Shown in pieces: positions 12,151 through 27,120 of a stretch of 64,000 bases of DNA. Where the stretch lies: assembly GCA_963514005.1 (NCBI GenBank), contig OY740808.1, positions 12,896,001 through 12,960,000 of the forward strand. Reading direction: 5' to 3'. Numbering within the stretch: the first letter of the stretch is position 1; each line of letters starts with the position of its first letter. Below the pieces are notes generated by a model. It saw only the letters and a list, made by a program, of their open reading frames with translations. It searched no databases and was not told where the DNA came from. The stretch is from Raja brachyura. Lineage: Eukaryota. The translations under genes were made by a program, and so were the position numbers.

Positions 12151-13534
12151 GAAATTGCCAGATTCTTCCTCAAAATATTCGCCACTGTGAAACATGCAGG
12201 TCTTATTTTAGAGATTTGTATTTCTAAAAAGCTTTCTCATACATAGAGCAGAATGAAAAGGATTGTCACAGTTGCCCCTTCTTTATAAACAAATAAACTA
12301 TAATTTTCTGTATGACCCCTCCGCATATATATATTAAACAAATTGTCTGCAAGTTTTAATTATTATATTCGGTAATTGTTTAATCACCAATTAAAATGGA
12401 ATAGAAATATTTTATCTAAACGGTCCAACTGAATCCGTATCGCTGAATCTAACATGTTGACAGTCACCTCCTCAGCAATGTTTTAATATATATCTCATTA
12501 TATCTATATTTAGATATCTCTGTAGTTTTAGAAATCATAACCCCCTTCTACTTGTGTAACAGATAATTTAAAAAGGACCTGAGGGGACAGAACATCACAC
12601 AAATGTCAGTAAAGTTGCAGTTTTTGAGGCAATTTTGAGTACCCGATGTGTGTCGTGCTTGGAATAGTGGTCTGTGATACTCTCACATTATAATGCGCAG
12701 TAATTCGCAAAACTTGCCACGACTCAAAGTGGAAAGGATACCTGTACAAAATTAATGCAAATATGAGTGAAGTAAAAGGAGTCATATTGGCTCTCACCGA
12801 ACACTTCCAGAGTTCTTTCGACTTTGTAGCACTACAAGACGATAGCAACTTTACACACAGCACATCCATATTCAATTGAAGGCGAATAGAATACGGGCAC
12901 TCCAGCTATCTGGGAAAACTGAGAAGGGAGAAACGCGAAAAGCGGTTTTCGGGAAATAGCGCGTGAGAAAAATAATTATCATGAATAATTGTCCTTAAAT
13001 TGTCATTAAACTAGATTAGTTTAGTAGTTTTCGTGACAGGTCAGTCATCCATTAACTTACCCATTCATCCTTTCACCACTACGTTTTCCCCATGACCTGC
13101 CTGGGATATCCCAGGAAGCGCCGGTTTCCTCACACACTACAAAGACAGATTGGTGGGTTCATTGGCTTGGTAAAATTATATATTTTCCTTAAAGTGTGTA
13201 GGATAGAGTTTATGTACGGGGACTGTTGATCAGTGGGTAGGGGGGGCCTGTTTGGGCGCTGTATCTCCAAATTAAACTAAAGTGACAACAATTTGTACCA
13301 TCTACAGAATAAGCTGCAATTGCGCTCATACGCCACCCTGAACGTAGGCATATCACTACGATAAGCATGTTTATCTCACCGTTCTCATCCTTCTCTCACT
13401 ACTGCACGTTTTCAACTTTGCAACGTGCAATACCGTGAGAAGATGAACACGCGAAAGATTGCACTGGCTCATGGCTGTTCATTATTACCTCCCCAAATGC
13501 CGATCCGCAGATGCTACATGATGCCCCAAAGAGC

Positions 13535-16500
13535 AAAGAGAGTCATAGAGAAAGTTAACAGGCCCTTCGGCCCAACTTTCCCACATCGGCCAACATGTCC
13601 TATGTACAGTAGTCACAGCTGCCCGTATTGAGTCCATATCCCTCCAAATCTGTCATATTCATGTACCTGTCTAACTGTTTCTTAAACATTGGTATAGTCC
13701 CTGGCACAACTACCTCCTCTGGTTGCTTGTTCCATACACCCACCACCCTCTCTGAGAAAAAGTTACCCCTCAGATTCCTATTAACTCTTTGCTCCGTCAC
13801 CATAAACCTGGTCCTCGATTCACCTACTCTGGGCAAGAGACTGAGCCTCTACCCGATCTATTCATCTCATGGCCCTATACACCTCTACAAGATTTCCCCT
13901 CATCTTCCTGCGCTGCAAGGAATAGAGTCCCAGCCTACTCAACCTCTCTCTATGGCTCAGACCCTCTCGTCCTGGCAACATCCTCGTAAATCTTCTCTGT
14001 ACTCTTTCCAGCTTGTCGAAATCTTTCCTATAAGACGGTGCCCAGATTGAACACAATACACTAAATGCGGTGTAACCAACGTCTAATACATCTGCAACAA
14101 GGCCTTCCAACTTCTATACTCATTACTCTGGTTCATGAAGGCCAATGTGCCAAAAGCCTTTTTGACCACTCGATCTACCATCGACTGCCCTTGTTAGACT
14201 TCGCAAAATGCAGTACTTCACATTTCTCTACATTAAATTTCATCAACTATTCCTCAGCCTACCTGGCCAATTGATGAAGAACCTCCTGCACTTTTTCACA
14301 ACCATGTCCACTACCTGCAAAACCACCCATGTTTGTATCATCCTCAAACTTGCTAATCTTACCATATGATCTCATTTATATAGATGACAAACATTGATGT
14401 ACCCAGCACTGGACCCTGAGGCACACCCCGTGTTACTCCAGAGCACTTTGTGTTTTATCATGATTCCAGCATCCGCAGTTCCTTGTGTCTCTGGGTTCCC
14501 ACTTTTCGATGGGCAATAAAAACTGCATTCCCAGGGACGCAATCATCCTACAAATTAATAACGTTGAACAATTAGATGAGGCTGTGAGATAGAAACATAG
14601 AAAATAGGTATAGGAGGAGGCCATTTGGCCTTCGATCCTGCACCACCATTCATTGTGATCATGGCTGATCATCCACAATCAGTAACTCTTGCCTGCCTTC
14701 TCCTCATATCCCTTGATTCTGCCAGCCCCAAAAGCTCTATCTAAACTTGTTTAAATTAATCCAGTGAATTGGCCTTTACTGCCTTCTGTGGTGGAGTATT
14801 CACAAATTTCACAAACTCTCTGAGTGAAATTTTTTTCTCATCGCAGTTTTAATTTGCCTCCCCTTCATTCTTAGACTGTGGCTTCTGGTTCTGGACTTCC
14901 CCATCATTGGGAACATTTTTCTGTGACTAGCTTATCCAGTCCTTTTATAATTTTATATGTTTCTAAAGATTTCCTCTCATCTTTCTAAATTCCAGTGAAT
15001 ACAAGCCCAGTCTTTCCTATCTTTCCTCATGTGACAGTCAAGCCATCTTGACCCTACGCTACACTGCCTCAATAGCAAGGATGTCCTTCCTCAAATGAGG
15101 AGTTCAAAACGCCACACAATTCTCCAGATGTGGTCTCACCAGGGCCCTGTACAACTGCAGAAGAACCTCTTTACGTCTAAACTCAAATCCTCTCGTTAGG
15201 AAGGCCAACATGCCATTAGCTTTCTTCACTGCCTGCTGTACCTGCATATTTTCTTTCAATAACTGGTGTCCACCCAGGACACCCAGGTCTCCCTGCACTT
15301 CCATTTTTCCTAAATGACAGTATTGAGATTAAATCTGCCTCCGAGTTCTTTCCACCGATGTGGATGAACTCACATTTATCAACATTATACTGCATCTTCC
15401 ATGCATCTGCCCACTCACTCAACCTCTCCAAGTCATCCTGCAACCTCCTAGCTTCCTCTTCGCAGTTCACACTGCCACCCAATTTTGTGTCATCTGCAAA
15501 TTTGCTTGTGTGACTTTTAATCCCATCATCTAAATCATTAATATATATTGTAAATAGTTAAGGCCCAGCACCGAGCTTTGCGGCACTCCACTCGCCACTG
15601 CCAGCCATTCTGACAGGAACCCGTTTATTCCTACACTTTGTTTCATCTCTCCAAACAATTCTCTATCCATATCAATACCATGTCAAAAATCAAGCAGAGT
15701 GCATTGAGAAGGATTGTTTAATCTTTAACAGTCAGAAAGTGGACATGGTGTACTAATGAAACAGTGTTTACCCCACTGCATTTCCAGATGTCTATTGGGA
15801 TATCTCAATTTCATTCTTAGAGACATCCGAGACTAGCTCAGCCCCTGATTTAATAAATAGCTCGCCATTACTTGAGTACAAAGAAAAACAACTAGTTTTA
15901 AAAACAGTTTACTTTTGTTTCGAGATCAGATTTATTGATCGTATCCAGCTCACAAAACTCACCTTCATGAGCGAGAGAGAAAGACTTCAGATTAGATCAT
16001 GATCCCGAAAGGTGCCAGGCTTTTCGAATTCTCCAGACAATCCATCGCTAACAGGAATCTGGAAGGGCAGAAATTCATGTGACTTATTATTATTAATCAC
16101 TGCCTAGATCAGTTCAGGCTTAATGAGCAGAGGGGCGTGAAATTTACTGCTTTATGAATATTTTCTCAATATTTTCTATAATAAAGCTATTCACAATATA
16201 TATTAACAATCTAGATGTGGGATTTAAAAGTAACATCTCCAAGTTTGCGGATGACACAAAGCTGGGTGGCAGTGTGAGCTGCGAGGAGCATGGTATGGGG
16301 CTGTAGGGTGACTTGGATAGGTTGGTGTGAGTGGGCAAATACATGGCAGATGCAGTATAATGTGGATAGATGTGAGGTTATCCACTTTGGTGGCAAGAAC
16401 AAATAGGCAGATTATTATCTGAATTGTGTCAGATTAGGAAAAGGTGAGGTGCAACGAGGCCTGGATGTACATCAGTCACTGAATGTAAGCATGCAGGTAC

Positions 16501-18697
16501 AGCAGGCAGTAAAGAATGGAAATGGCATGTTGGCCTTCATAGCCTGATGATTTGGGTATTGGAGAAGGAGGTCCTATTGCAGCTGTACAGGGCCAATTCA
16601 TTCTATGTTTTTCAAGAGTGTTAGAAATAGCTCTTGGGACTAAAGCAATCAAGGGATATGGGGGAAATGCAGGAACGGAGTAGTGATTTTGGACTATCAT
16701 GCATAATCATATTGGATGGTGGTGCTGGCTCAAAAGGCCGAATGGCCAACTCCTGCAACTATTTTCTATGTTTCTATGTTAAAAAATATCCATGACCATC
16801 TATGGCAATCGATTCCAAAGACCTCTCACTATAAAAATCCTCTTCATCTCCTTTCTAAAGATACGTCCTTTAATACTGAGTCTATGGTCACTGGCCTCAG
16901 ATTCTCCCACTAGTGGAAATATCCTCTCCATGTTTACTCTATACAAGCCTTTCACAATTCGGTATGTTTCATGAGGTCTCCTTTCATCCTTCTAAACTCC
17001 TGTGAATTCATGCCCAGTGCTTTCAAGCGCTCATCATATATGGCAGTGGACGCCAATTCATTGGATGTTTTTCAAGACCTGCTGTTGCAAGGGAAAGACG
17101 TTGGGGAGAGGGTGGTTTGGTGGGAAATGATGAATCAACCAAAGTTGCAGAGGGAATGGTCACTGTGGAGATGGGATGATGTGACTAATGATGGGATCCA
17201 TTAGGAGGTAATACATATTTCAGAGGATGATGACTGTCCCTGTTGCAACTGACAATAGACAATAGACAATAGACAATAGGTGCAGGAGTAGGCCCTTCGG
17301 CCCTCCAAGCCAGCGCCGCCATTCAATGTGATCATGGTTGATCATCCCCAATCAGTACCCCCTTCCTGCCTTCTCCCCATATCCACTGACTCCACTATCT
17401 TTAAGAGCCCTATCTAGCTCTCTCTTGAAAGTATGCAGAGAACTGACATCCACCGCCCTCTGACGCAGACAATTCCACAGACTCACAACTCACAACTCTC
17501 GATGAGAAAAAGTGTTTCCTCATCTCTGTTCTAAATGGCTTACCCTTTATTCTTAAACTGTGGCCCCTGGTTCTGGACTCCCCCAACATCGGGAACATGT
17601 TTCCTGTCTCTAATGTGTCCAAACCCTTAACAATCTTATGCATTTCAAAAAGATATCCTCTCATCCTTCTAAACTCCAGAGTGTACAAGCCCAGTGGGTC
17701 CATTCTCTCAGCATATGACAATCCCGCCATCCCGGGCATGAACCGTGTAAACCTACGCTGCACCCCCTCAATAGCAAGAATGTCCTTCCTCAAATTAGGG
17801 GACCAAAACTGCACACAATACTCCAGATGTGGTCTGTACATGTGGCTCTGTACAACTGCAGAAGGACCTATTTGCTCCTATGCTCGACTCTTCTGGTTAT
17901 AAAGGCCAACATGCCATTCACTTTCTTCACTGCCTGCTGTACCTGCATGCTTACTTTAATAGACTGATGAACAAGGACCCCCAGATCCCGTTGTACTTTC
18001 CCTTGGGGAAGAAAAGTACAACCGACACAATTTAGATAGTAATCTGCCTTCTTGTTTTTTATACCAAAGTGGATAACCTCACATTTATCCACATTAAACT
18101 TCATCTGCCATGCATCTGCCCACTCCCCCAACCTGTCAAAGTCACCCTGCATTCTCATAGCATCCTCCTCACAGTTCACACATCCACACAACTTTGTGTC
18201 ATCTGCAAATTTGCTAATGTCACTTTGAATCCCTTCATCCAAATTATTGTAAATAGCTGCGGTCCCAGCACTAAGTCTTGCGGTACCCCAATAAACACTG
18301 CCTGCCATTCTGAAAGGAACCCGTTAATCCCTACTCTTTGTTTCCTGTCTGCCAACCAGTTTTTATCAGTGTCAGCACTCTACGCCCAATACCATGTGCC
18401 CTCATTTTGCCTACTAATCTCCTATGTGGGACCTTATGAAATGCTTTCTGAAAGTCCAGGAACACTACATCCACCGGTCTATTTTCTGAGTTACAACCTC
18501 AAAAAATTCCCGAAGATTAGTCAAGCATGATTCCCCCTTCGTAAATCCAGTCTGACTTTGACTGATCCTGTTAGTGTAATCCAAATGTGCGGCAATTTCA
18601 TCTTTTATAATTGACTCCAGCATCTTCCCCACCACCGATATCAAGCTAATTGGTCTATAACTTCCTGTTTTCTCTCTCCCGCCTTTCTTAAAAAGTG
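13535..18697. mobile_element. Cluster of nested CR1 fragments (minus: 13535-14430, 14590-15680, 16780-17040, 17255-18697; plus: 16183-16778)
   Basis: RT C-terminal motifs ([31 protein letters not shown]) and microsatellite 3' tails. Confidence 0.88.
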
Positions 18698-18699
18698 GG

Positions 18700-19360
18700 G
18701 CTTGGGAACAAGTGCGGAACAGTTGGATACTGAGGCGACACGTGTGATGGTCGAATTTACGATAAAAGGGTGGAACTCCAGTTCCCTAAAGAATTAGGAC
18801 ATGTCCGATGGTCTAGTCTGGAACATCTCATATTGGGAGAAAAAGCAGCGGCGACAGAGGAATTGGTAGTAAGGGATAGAGCATTTGAATGTGGCAGGGT
18901 AGGAAGACGTGATAACATAAATACCCAACATTGGAATAGCAGCACCTCATATTTCGCTTGGGCAGCTTACAACTCAGCGGTATGAACATTAATGTCCTTA
19001 ATTTCTAGTAACTGCTTTATCCCCCCCCCCCCGTACATAACCCCCCTACCCTACTCCCCCATCCACGTCATCCTACCAGTTCCACTGTTCGCATCATTGT
19101 ATCCCGCTCGTTATCACTCCTTCCCCACAGAACAATGGGCATTATGAGCTCCATCCTTCCTGCGGATAACTGTTGCATGCCTTTATTTTTATTCTGGCCT
19201 TTTCGTGCCTATAGCCCCCCCCCCCCCCCCCCCCCCCCACCCCCTCCCCGAAATGTCACCTATTTTTTTGCTCCAGAGGTGCTGCCTGGCCCACTTATTA
19301 TTCCAGCTTTATACATCTATCTTCCGTATAAACCAGCACCGACTGTTGTCTTCCTACACA
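18700..19360. mobile_element. Penelope-like fragments in opposite orientations (paralog at about 37905-38580)
   Basis: The minus strand at about 18735-18915 gives decayed SSYPATFKCSIPYYQFLCRRCFFSQYEMFQTRPSDMS*FFRE, resembling the PLE RT thumb region. The plus strand from 18933 carries the GIY-YIG tail. Confidence 0.7.
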
Positions 19361-21663
19361 CATGCACAGACATTCATATATATATATATTTAAAACTATT
19401 TTAAAGTAAATTTTCGTTGCCCTGAGAAATAACTGAATAGAAATAATAGCAAAGATTACTGAAACCTCTGCTATTTTTGTTTGGCTCAACCTTGTGAATA
19501 AACCACAAGTTTCAGCAAATTGATGCCCAGATGCTCTTTGGTGTGCTTCGGGGTAATCTCTCTTTCGCGGTGCGTGAAGCCAACAAACAGAGAATTGCAA
19601 AGAGTGATGGAGAGAAACAGAGAAAGGATCTAAATGAGGGTGAGAAAGAACATGAGATATAGAGCGGGGGTCAGAGAGAATGAGAAAGCAAGGTGAGGGA
19701 AGACAGAGTAGGAATTGTAATGGGCACGGTTGAGTTAAAAAAACGGTGAGGGCAATATAAAGTACAGAAATTAACAAATGCATGGACAAAACAGGAAATT
19801 TAAAAACAAAACGCATCATTGACAGATCACAGACGCCCAGGCCACACGTAATTGATAGGTGAGGGGGGGGGTCGAGAACACAGTTCCTCTAATAGATTCC
19901 AACTGGGTGAACGGGCCAGTTGCAAGCACATCCCGTATGTTTATCTGTCGATGTATTTTCTTGTTAATCGAGAGGCAAAGGGACATGTTCTGCGGTACGA
20001 TTAGACGTTCAGCCCATCGAATCTCCACCGCATTCAATCATGGCTGATCTATGCCTCCTGATCCCATTTTCATGCCTTCTCCCCATAACCTTTGAACCCG
20101 TTCGAAACAAGAATTTGTCCATCTCTGCCTTAAGAATATCCACTGATCCACATCAAAAATATCATAGGAAGCAACACAGAATGGCCGAAATTGAAGCTCA
20201 GGATTCAATTTACGGGCTGAGTACAGGAAATGTGTACTGTGAACACAAAACTGGTAAAGTCCTACGTTCCCTGGATGGTAAGAAGACGGTAAGAGGTGAA
20301 AGCACAGGCGATGTATAATTCAATTGTAATAGTAATTGGTGAGTCAGGGCTCCATATCGTCGTCAGCATTTCTTCTGATCATTGCAGCTACCCTCCACGA
20401 GGGGACGTTACATGGCAGCTAGCAATCGCCCTTCATATAACTGCCCCCCTGAACCTCTCGTCAAAAATCAAATTTCAGGAATACAGCTCACTTTGAATAT
20501 TGGGGATCAAAGTGGTTAGCGACTAGTGAATTGATTATCGCGGGACACCGCAAGTCACATTCTGATCATTTTCCTTACTTTGCCCCTGTTTCACTATAGA
20601 TCACTACTTTATCTTCAGTTACGTAGGTTCATCTTTAATGAAGGACTTTATAAGAAGCATTCGAGAAATCCATATAAATAATATCCATAGACATTCCCCC
20701 GTAATTTACGTTGGCATTATTCAAAAATCCAATCTGTTCCATCAGTCATGTCATGCCTTTAAAAGCCCACGCTGAAAAAGTTGAATATGTCAAATTGTTC
20801 CATCTTCAATTATGAACCCCACAATTTTCCACCCACTGAAAATTAGTTGGTGGAAAATTGAGAGCCACACGGTGGCGCAACGGTAGAATTGCTGAATATA
20901 GAGTCAGAGACCTGTGTTCGTTCCTGACTACGGATGCTGTCTGTATTGGAGTTTGAATATTCTCCCTGTGACCGGTGGTCCTCTGGTATCCCAAAGATAT
21001 GCAGGATTGTAGTTTAATCGGCTTCTGTACATTGTCCCTAGTTTGTAGGATAGAAGTGGTGTACCGGTAAACGTGGCCAGCGCGGAATCCTGGGCCGAAA
21101 TGCCCATTTTCACCTTATATCTCTAAAACGTAAAAAAACGAAAACTGTTCGGACGACTCAGCAAACTATTACTGCTATCCCACTTTCAGGGTGTTTTTAA
21201 GTAGTAAACGGACATGTGCAATTCCGCCAATGAAATATGTGTTGCAGAGACTGAAAGAACATTGAAAGATTGCAGTTGTATCAATAACACTCTTAGATCC
21301 TCACTCTACAATGCCTAGGATGGAAATCATTTAATCATAGAATATTATATTTCTTTAGCATTAAGACTGGTCTGATAGATGCCTGTATTCAAGTTGTGTG
21401 GTGGGCCTACCTACAGATAAATAACTATACTTTCTTCCGGATAAACAAATTAGACGATTCTAACGTAGTGTTGGTGCGGCATCAACTGGAATATATGTTT
21501 AACTACAGTTTCAGAGCAAACAAAAACTAAATAGAAAGAGGAACTCAGTGGGTCAGGCAGCGTCTGTGTAGGGCACACTTCATTACAATCCCTTTTCAGG
21601 CACCGTAGAGGGGTAAAAAACCAACAATTCCAGCGTTTACTTTATGTCCCGCTTGTTCATTTT

Positions 21664-24257
21664 ATGTTAAGTTTTAATCTACAATTTGATAGGGAGAAGG
21701 ATAAATCGGAGGTGTCAGTATTACAGTTGAACAAAGGGGACTCTGGAGCCATGAGGGAGCAGCTGGTCAAAGTTGACTGGAAAGATACCCTAGCAGGAAT
21801 GACAGTGGAATAACAATGGCATGTATTTCTTGGAATAATACTGAAGTTGCAGGATCAGTTCATTCCAAAGAGGATGAAAGAGGCTAAGGGTAATAAGGGG
21901 CGATCGTGGCTGACAAGGGAAGTCATGGGCAGTATAAAAATAAAAGAGAAGTATAACATAGCAAAGATGAGCGGGAAGCCAGAGGATTGTGTAGCTTTTA
22001 AAGAGCAACAGAAGATAACTAAAAAAAGGCAATACGGGGAGAAAAGATGAATTATGAAGGTAGCTAGCCAGGAACATAAAGGAGGATAGTAAAAGCTTCT
22101 TTAGGTATGTGAAGAGGTTTAGGTCTGAAGAAGCGTCTGGACCAGAAACGTCGCCTATCTCCTTCGCTCCTTAGATGCTGCTGCACCCGCTGAGTTTCTC
22201 CAGTCTTTTGTGTACCCCCAGGTTTAAAAAATAGTTAAGACCAAAGATTGGACCATTGAAGACTGAAAAAGGTGAAATTATTATGGGAAACAAGGAAATG
22301 GCAGACGAGTTGAACAGGTACTTTGAACAGGTACACAAACAATCTCCCTGATGTACTAGTAGCCAGAGGATCTAGGGTGACTGAGGAACTGAAGGAAATG
22401 CACATTCGGCAGGAAAGGGTGTTGGGTAGACTGATGGGACTGAAGACTGAGAAATCCCCAGGGTCTGATGGTCTGCATCTCAGGGTACTTCAGGAGGTGG
22501 CTCTGGAAATCGTGCACGCATTGGTGATAATTTTCCAATGTTCTATAGATTCACGGTCAGTTCCTGTGGATTGGAGGGTAGCTAATGTTACCCCACTTTT
22601 TAAGTAAGTGGGAGAGAGAAAACAGGTAATTATAGACCAGTTAGCCTGACATCGATAGTGGGGAAGATGCTGGAGTCAATTATAAAAGATGAAATAGCGG
22701 CACAGCTGGATAGCAGTAGCAGGATCGGTCAGAGTCAGCATAGGTTTACGAAGGCCCATCAAGGCCCATTAGTCATGCTTGACTAATCTTCTGGAATTTT
22801 TTGAGGATGTAACTAGGAAAATAGACAAGGGAGAGCCAGTGGATGTAGTGTACCTGGACTTTCAGAAAGCAGTTGATAAGGTCCCACATAGGAGATTAGT
22901 GGGCAACATTGCAGCACACGGTATTGGGGGTAGGGTGCTGACATCGATAGAAAATTGGTTGGCAGACAGGAAACAAAGAGTATGGATTAACGGGTCCCTT
23001 TCAGAATGGCAGCCAGTGACTAGTGGGGTACCCCAAGGCTCGGTGCTGGGACCGCAGCTATTTACAATATACATTAGTGATCTAGATGAAGGGATTCAAA
23101 ATAACATTAGCAAATTTGCAGATGACACAAAGCTGGGTGGCAGTGTGACCTGTGAAGAGGGTGGTATGAGGATGCAGGGTGACTGACCGGTTGGGTGAGT
23201 GGGCAGATGCATGGCAGATGCAGTTTAATGTGGATAAATGTGAGGTTATCTACTTCGGTGGCAAAAACAGGAAGGCATATTATTATGTAATTGGGGAAAG
23301 GGGTAGTACAACGGGATCGGGGGGGTGGGGGGGTCTTTGTTCATCAGTTACTGAAAGTAAGCATGCAGATACAGCAGATAGTGAAGAGAGCGAATGGCAT
23401 GTTGGCCTTCATAAAAAGAGGAATTGAATATACTGTAAGAGCAAAGATGTATTTCTGCAGTTGTGCAGGGCCCACGAGACAACGCCTGGAGTGTCGTGTG
23501 CAGTTTTGTTCTCCAAAGTTGAGAAAGGACATTCTTGCTATTGAGGGAGTGCAGCGTAGGTTCACGAGGTTAATTTCGGGGATGGCTGGACTGTGATATG
23601 TTGATAGAATGGAACGGCTGGGCTTGTGTACTCTGGAATTCAAGACAAGAGTCAAGAGTCAAGTCAATAGTGTTTTATTGTCATATGTCCTGGACGGGAC
23701 AATGAAATCCTCACTTGCTGCAGCACAACAGAATATGTGAATATGTAAACATTGTATATAACGAGAAAAAAAGTAAAAGTTCAATAAATAACATATATAG
23801 TGCAAATAACAAATAATAATATAGTCTAATTTAGAAGAATGAAAGGGGATCTTATTGAAGCATATACGATTATTAAGGGTTTGGACATGCTAGAGGCAGG
23901 AAACTTGTTCCAGATGTTGGGGGATTCCAGAACCAGGGGCCACATTTTAAGAATACGGGGTAAGCCATTTAGAATGGAGACGAGGAAACCCCTTTTCACA
24001 CAGAGTTGTGAGTCTGTGGAATTCTCTGCATCAGAGTGCGATGAAGGCCGATTCTCTGGATACTTTCAAGGGAGATCTAGATAGGGCTCTTAAAGATAGC
24101 GGAGTCAGGGGACATGGGGAGAAGGCACGAACGGGGTACTGATTGTGGATGATCAGCCATGATCACATTGAATGGCGGTGCTGACTCGAAGGACCGAATG
24201 GTCTACTCCTGCACCTATTGTTTATTATCTATAGTCCTGCACCTATTGTCTATTGTC
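21664..24257 (+). mobile_element. CR1 LINE, paralog of 3074-5667
   Basis: Near-identical at offset 18590. Confidence 0.93.
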
Positions 24258-25137
24258 TAAAGAGAAAGCGATTGATTTGGAAAGGAATGCTTAATTTAAC
24301 AATAAACAGCAATGTAAATAAACGTCGGAGCTGTTGGAGATCAGTTGAAATCTATGTTATTATCACGCTCTGAAAATGACCCTTCCGCGTTGAGATGGTG
24401 TCAGGAGAAAGGACAAATACAGTTTTTAATTGTCCTGAATACCTGGGATACCAATGGATTTAAGAATGGAAACTAGTTTCCTAGTTCAAAACTTGTTGCC
24501 ACTAAAATGACCAAACTATCCCAGGATAAATAAACATGTGCAATGCATGCTAGTGTTACCTTCTGGCATCTAGATCCCGGGAATGAATTCAATGTATTTA
24601 TATTATATTATATTAAGTTCCAGTTTAGTAGCACAGTAGATGATGAAGGAAGATCAAAGTCTTCGATAAATATCCCCAGTCTGCTTTATTTGAAGAGCAA
24701 AATTTGTTCATTGAATCTTCTTCCAATGGCAATTGGAATCCATCGACAGAACAAAAGGTTAGCTGTTCCGGTTAGGTTGAGGGTGCATGAAGGTATCAAG
24801 CTTTTAATTCCATACATTCCATTACACGATTTGAATCCCATATCACTTTGCAACCTGCAATTAAATTATGTCCTTAAGTGGTAATGCCGATAAAGCATTT
24901 ATTTCAATCTCTTTGAAACATCTTAAAAGTATTCCTGGATTTATATCGATATCGTGGACTATCACAAACTAAAAGGGAAGTTATGAAGTAGGAATATATT
25001 TCCCGTATAAATTTCTAACTTTGATGTACAATAACTGGTAGACCATATTGGTGTGGAAACGCTAGGATTAGATATATTATATTTATGGAAGAATGTGGAG
25101 CCCTTTGGTTAGGATATGTGGAGCCCTTTGGTTAGGA

Positions 25138-27120
25138 TATCTTGGCCAATTCACGTCTCATACCTTCAAAGTTACCTTTGTTTAAGTTCAGAACCCTTGT
25201 TTCTGACTTAATTATGTCACTCTCAATCCTAATGAAGAACTCAACCATATTATGGTCACTCTTGCACAAGGGGCCACGCACAACAACACTGCTAACTAAC
25301 CCTTCCTCATTACTCAATACCCAGTCTAGAATCGCCTGCTCTCTCGTTGGTTCCTCTGCATGTTGGTTTAGAAAACGATCCCGCATACATTCCAAGAAAT
25401 CCTCTTCCTCAGCACCCATGCCTATTTGATTCACCCAATCTATATGTAGATTGATGTTACCCATTATAACTGTTTTACCCTTGTTGCATGCATTTCTAAT
25501 TTCCTGTTTGATGCCATCCCCAACTCCACTACTACTGTTAGGTGGCCTGTACACAACACCCACTAGCGTTTTCTGCCCCTTAGAGTTTCGCAGCTCTACC
25601 CCTATCGATTCCACATCCTCCAAGCTAATGTCCTTTCTTTCTATTGCATTAATCACCTCTCTCACCAGCAACGCTACCCCACCTCCCTTTCCTTTCTGTC
25701 GAACCCTCCTGAATATTGAATATCCCTGGATGTTCAGCTACCAGCCTTGGTCCCCCTGGAGCCATGATCCCAACTATAGCATAGTCATTAATAGCTATCT
25801 GCACATTCAACTCGTCCACCTTATTATGAATGGTCCTTGCATTGAGACACAGAGCCTCCAGGCTTGTTTTTACAACACTCTTACTCCTTATACAATTATG
25901 TTGACAAGTGGCCCCTTTTGATTTTTGCCCTGGAAACCCACCACCTCTTATTCTCTGTTTATTATTTTTTTCTTCTTTCCCCCCTACATGTTGCGTCTGA
26001 GTGCTTCCCTTCTCTGCCTCCTGCCTCAGACCCTGTCTACTGGCTTTCACTATTTGAGCCCCTCCCCCCCAACCGTTCTAGTTTAAAGTCCCCCCGGTAG
26101 CCTTTGCAAATTTCCCTGCCAGGATACTCGGGTTCAAGTGCAACCCGTTCGTTTTATACAAGTCACTCCTTCCCCAAAAGAGGTTCCAATGATCCAGAAA
26201 CTTGAATCCCTGCCCTCTGCACCCGTCCTTCAGCCAGGCATTTATCCCCCATCTTGCTCCATTCCTACTCTCACTGTCGCGTGGCACAGGAAGTAATCCT
26301 GAGATTGTTATTTTTGCGGTCCTTTTCCTTAACCATCTTCCGAACTCCCTAAATTCTCCTTTCAGGATCTCTTCTCTTTTTTTACCTATGTCATTGGTAC
26401 CAATATGTACCACGACCTCAGGCTCCTCTCCCTCCCTTTTCAGGATATCTTGGACACGTTCAGACACATCCAGGACCCTGGCACGAGGGAGGCAAACTAC
26501 CATCCGGGTCTCCGGGCTGCATCCACAGAATCGCCAATCTGACCCCCTAACTATAGAGTCCCCTATTACTAATGCCCTCCTCTTCTTTTCCTTACCCTTC
26601 TGAGCAACAGGGCCGGTCTCTGTACCGCAGGCCAGGTCGCTGTTGCTACCCCCCAGTTAGGCTGCCCCCGCCCCCAACAGCACTCAAACGGGAGTACTTA
26701 TTTTCAAGGTGTACAGCCACTGGGGTACTCTATAGCCCCCCGCCTCTGCCCCTTGCCTCTCCTAACCGTGACCCACGTATCTGCCTCCCGTGGTTTTGGA
26801 GAGACTACCTCCCTGTAACTCCTCTCTATGACCTCCTCCCTCTCCCTGACCAGACGGAGGTCATCGAGCTGCTGCTCCAGGTTCCTAACACACTCCTTTA
26901 GGAGCCCCATCTCGACACACCTGGCGCATATGTAGACGTCTGGAGGGCTACCCCACTCAATGGCCTCCCACATCTGACATCCAAAACAGTCAGCTGCCCT
27001 GGCACTCATACTTCCCTTGCACTGGATACAACACAAAATACAATGTACAGTACACTACAAACTGCTGGAATCTGACTGCCAATCAGCTGCGTACTCAAAT
27101 CCTCCAATCAGCGGCTTCCT
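25138..27120 (-). mobile_element. CR1 LINE 5' half, paralog of 6548-8560
   Basis: Same motifs and same truncation point. Confidence 0.92.

Larger units (their letters stand above)
6549..25138. repeat. Tandem duplication unit B (18,590 bp, contains IgL gene 1)
   Basis: Bounded at both ends by the same junction: a doubled 23-mer fused to a broken CR1. Confidence 0.93.

Noticed and set aside
12183-12189. Perfect RSS heptamer (CACAGTG on the minus strand) upstream of the IgL promoter
   Set aside because: No nonamer at 12- or 23-bp spacing, and it is not adjacent to a coding segment.
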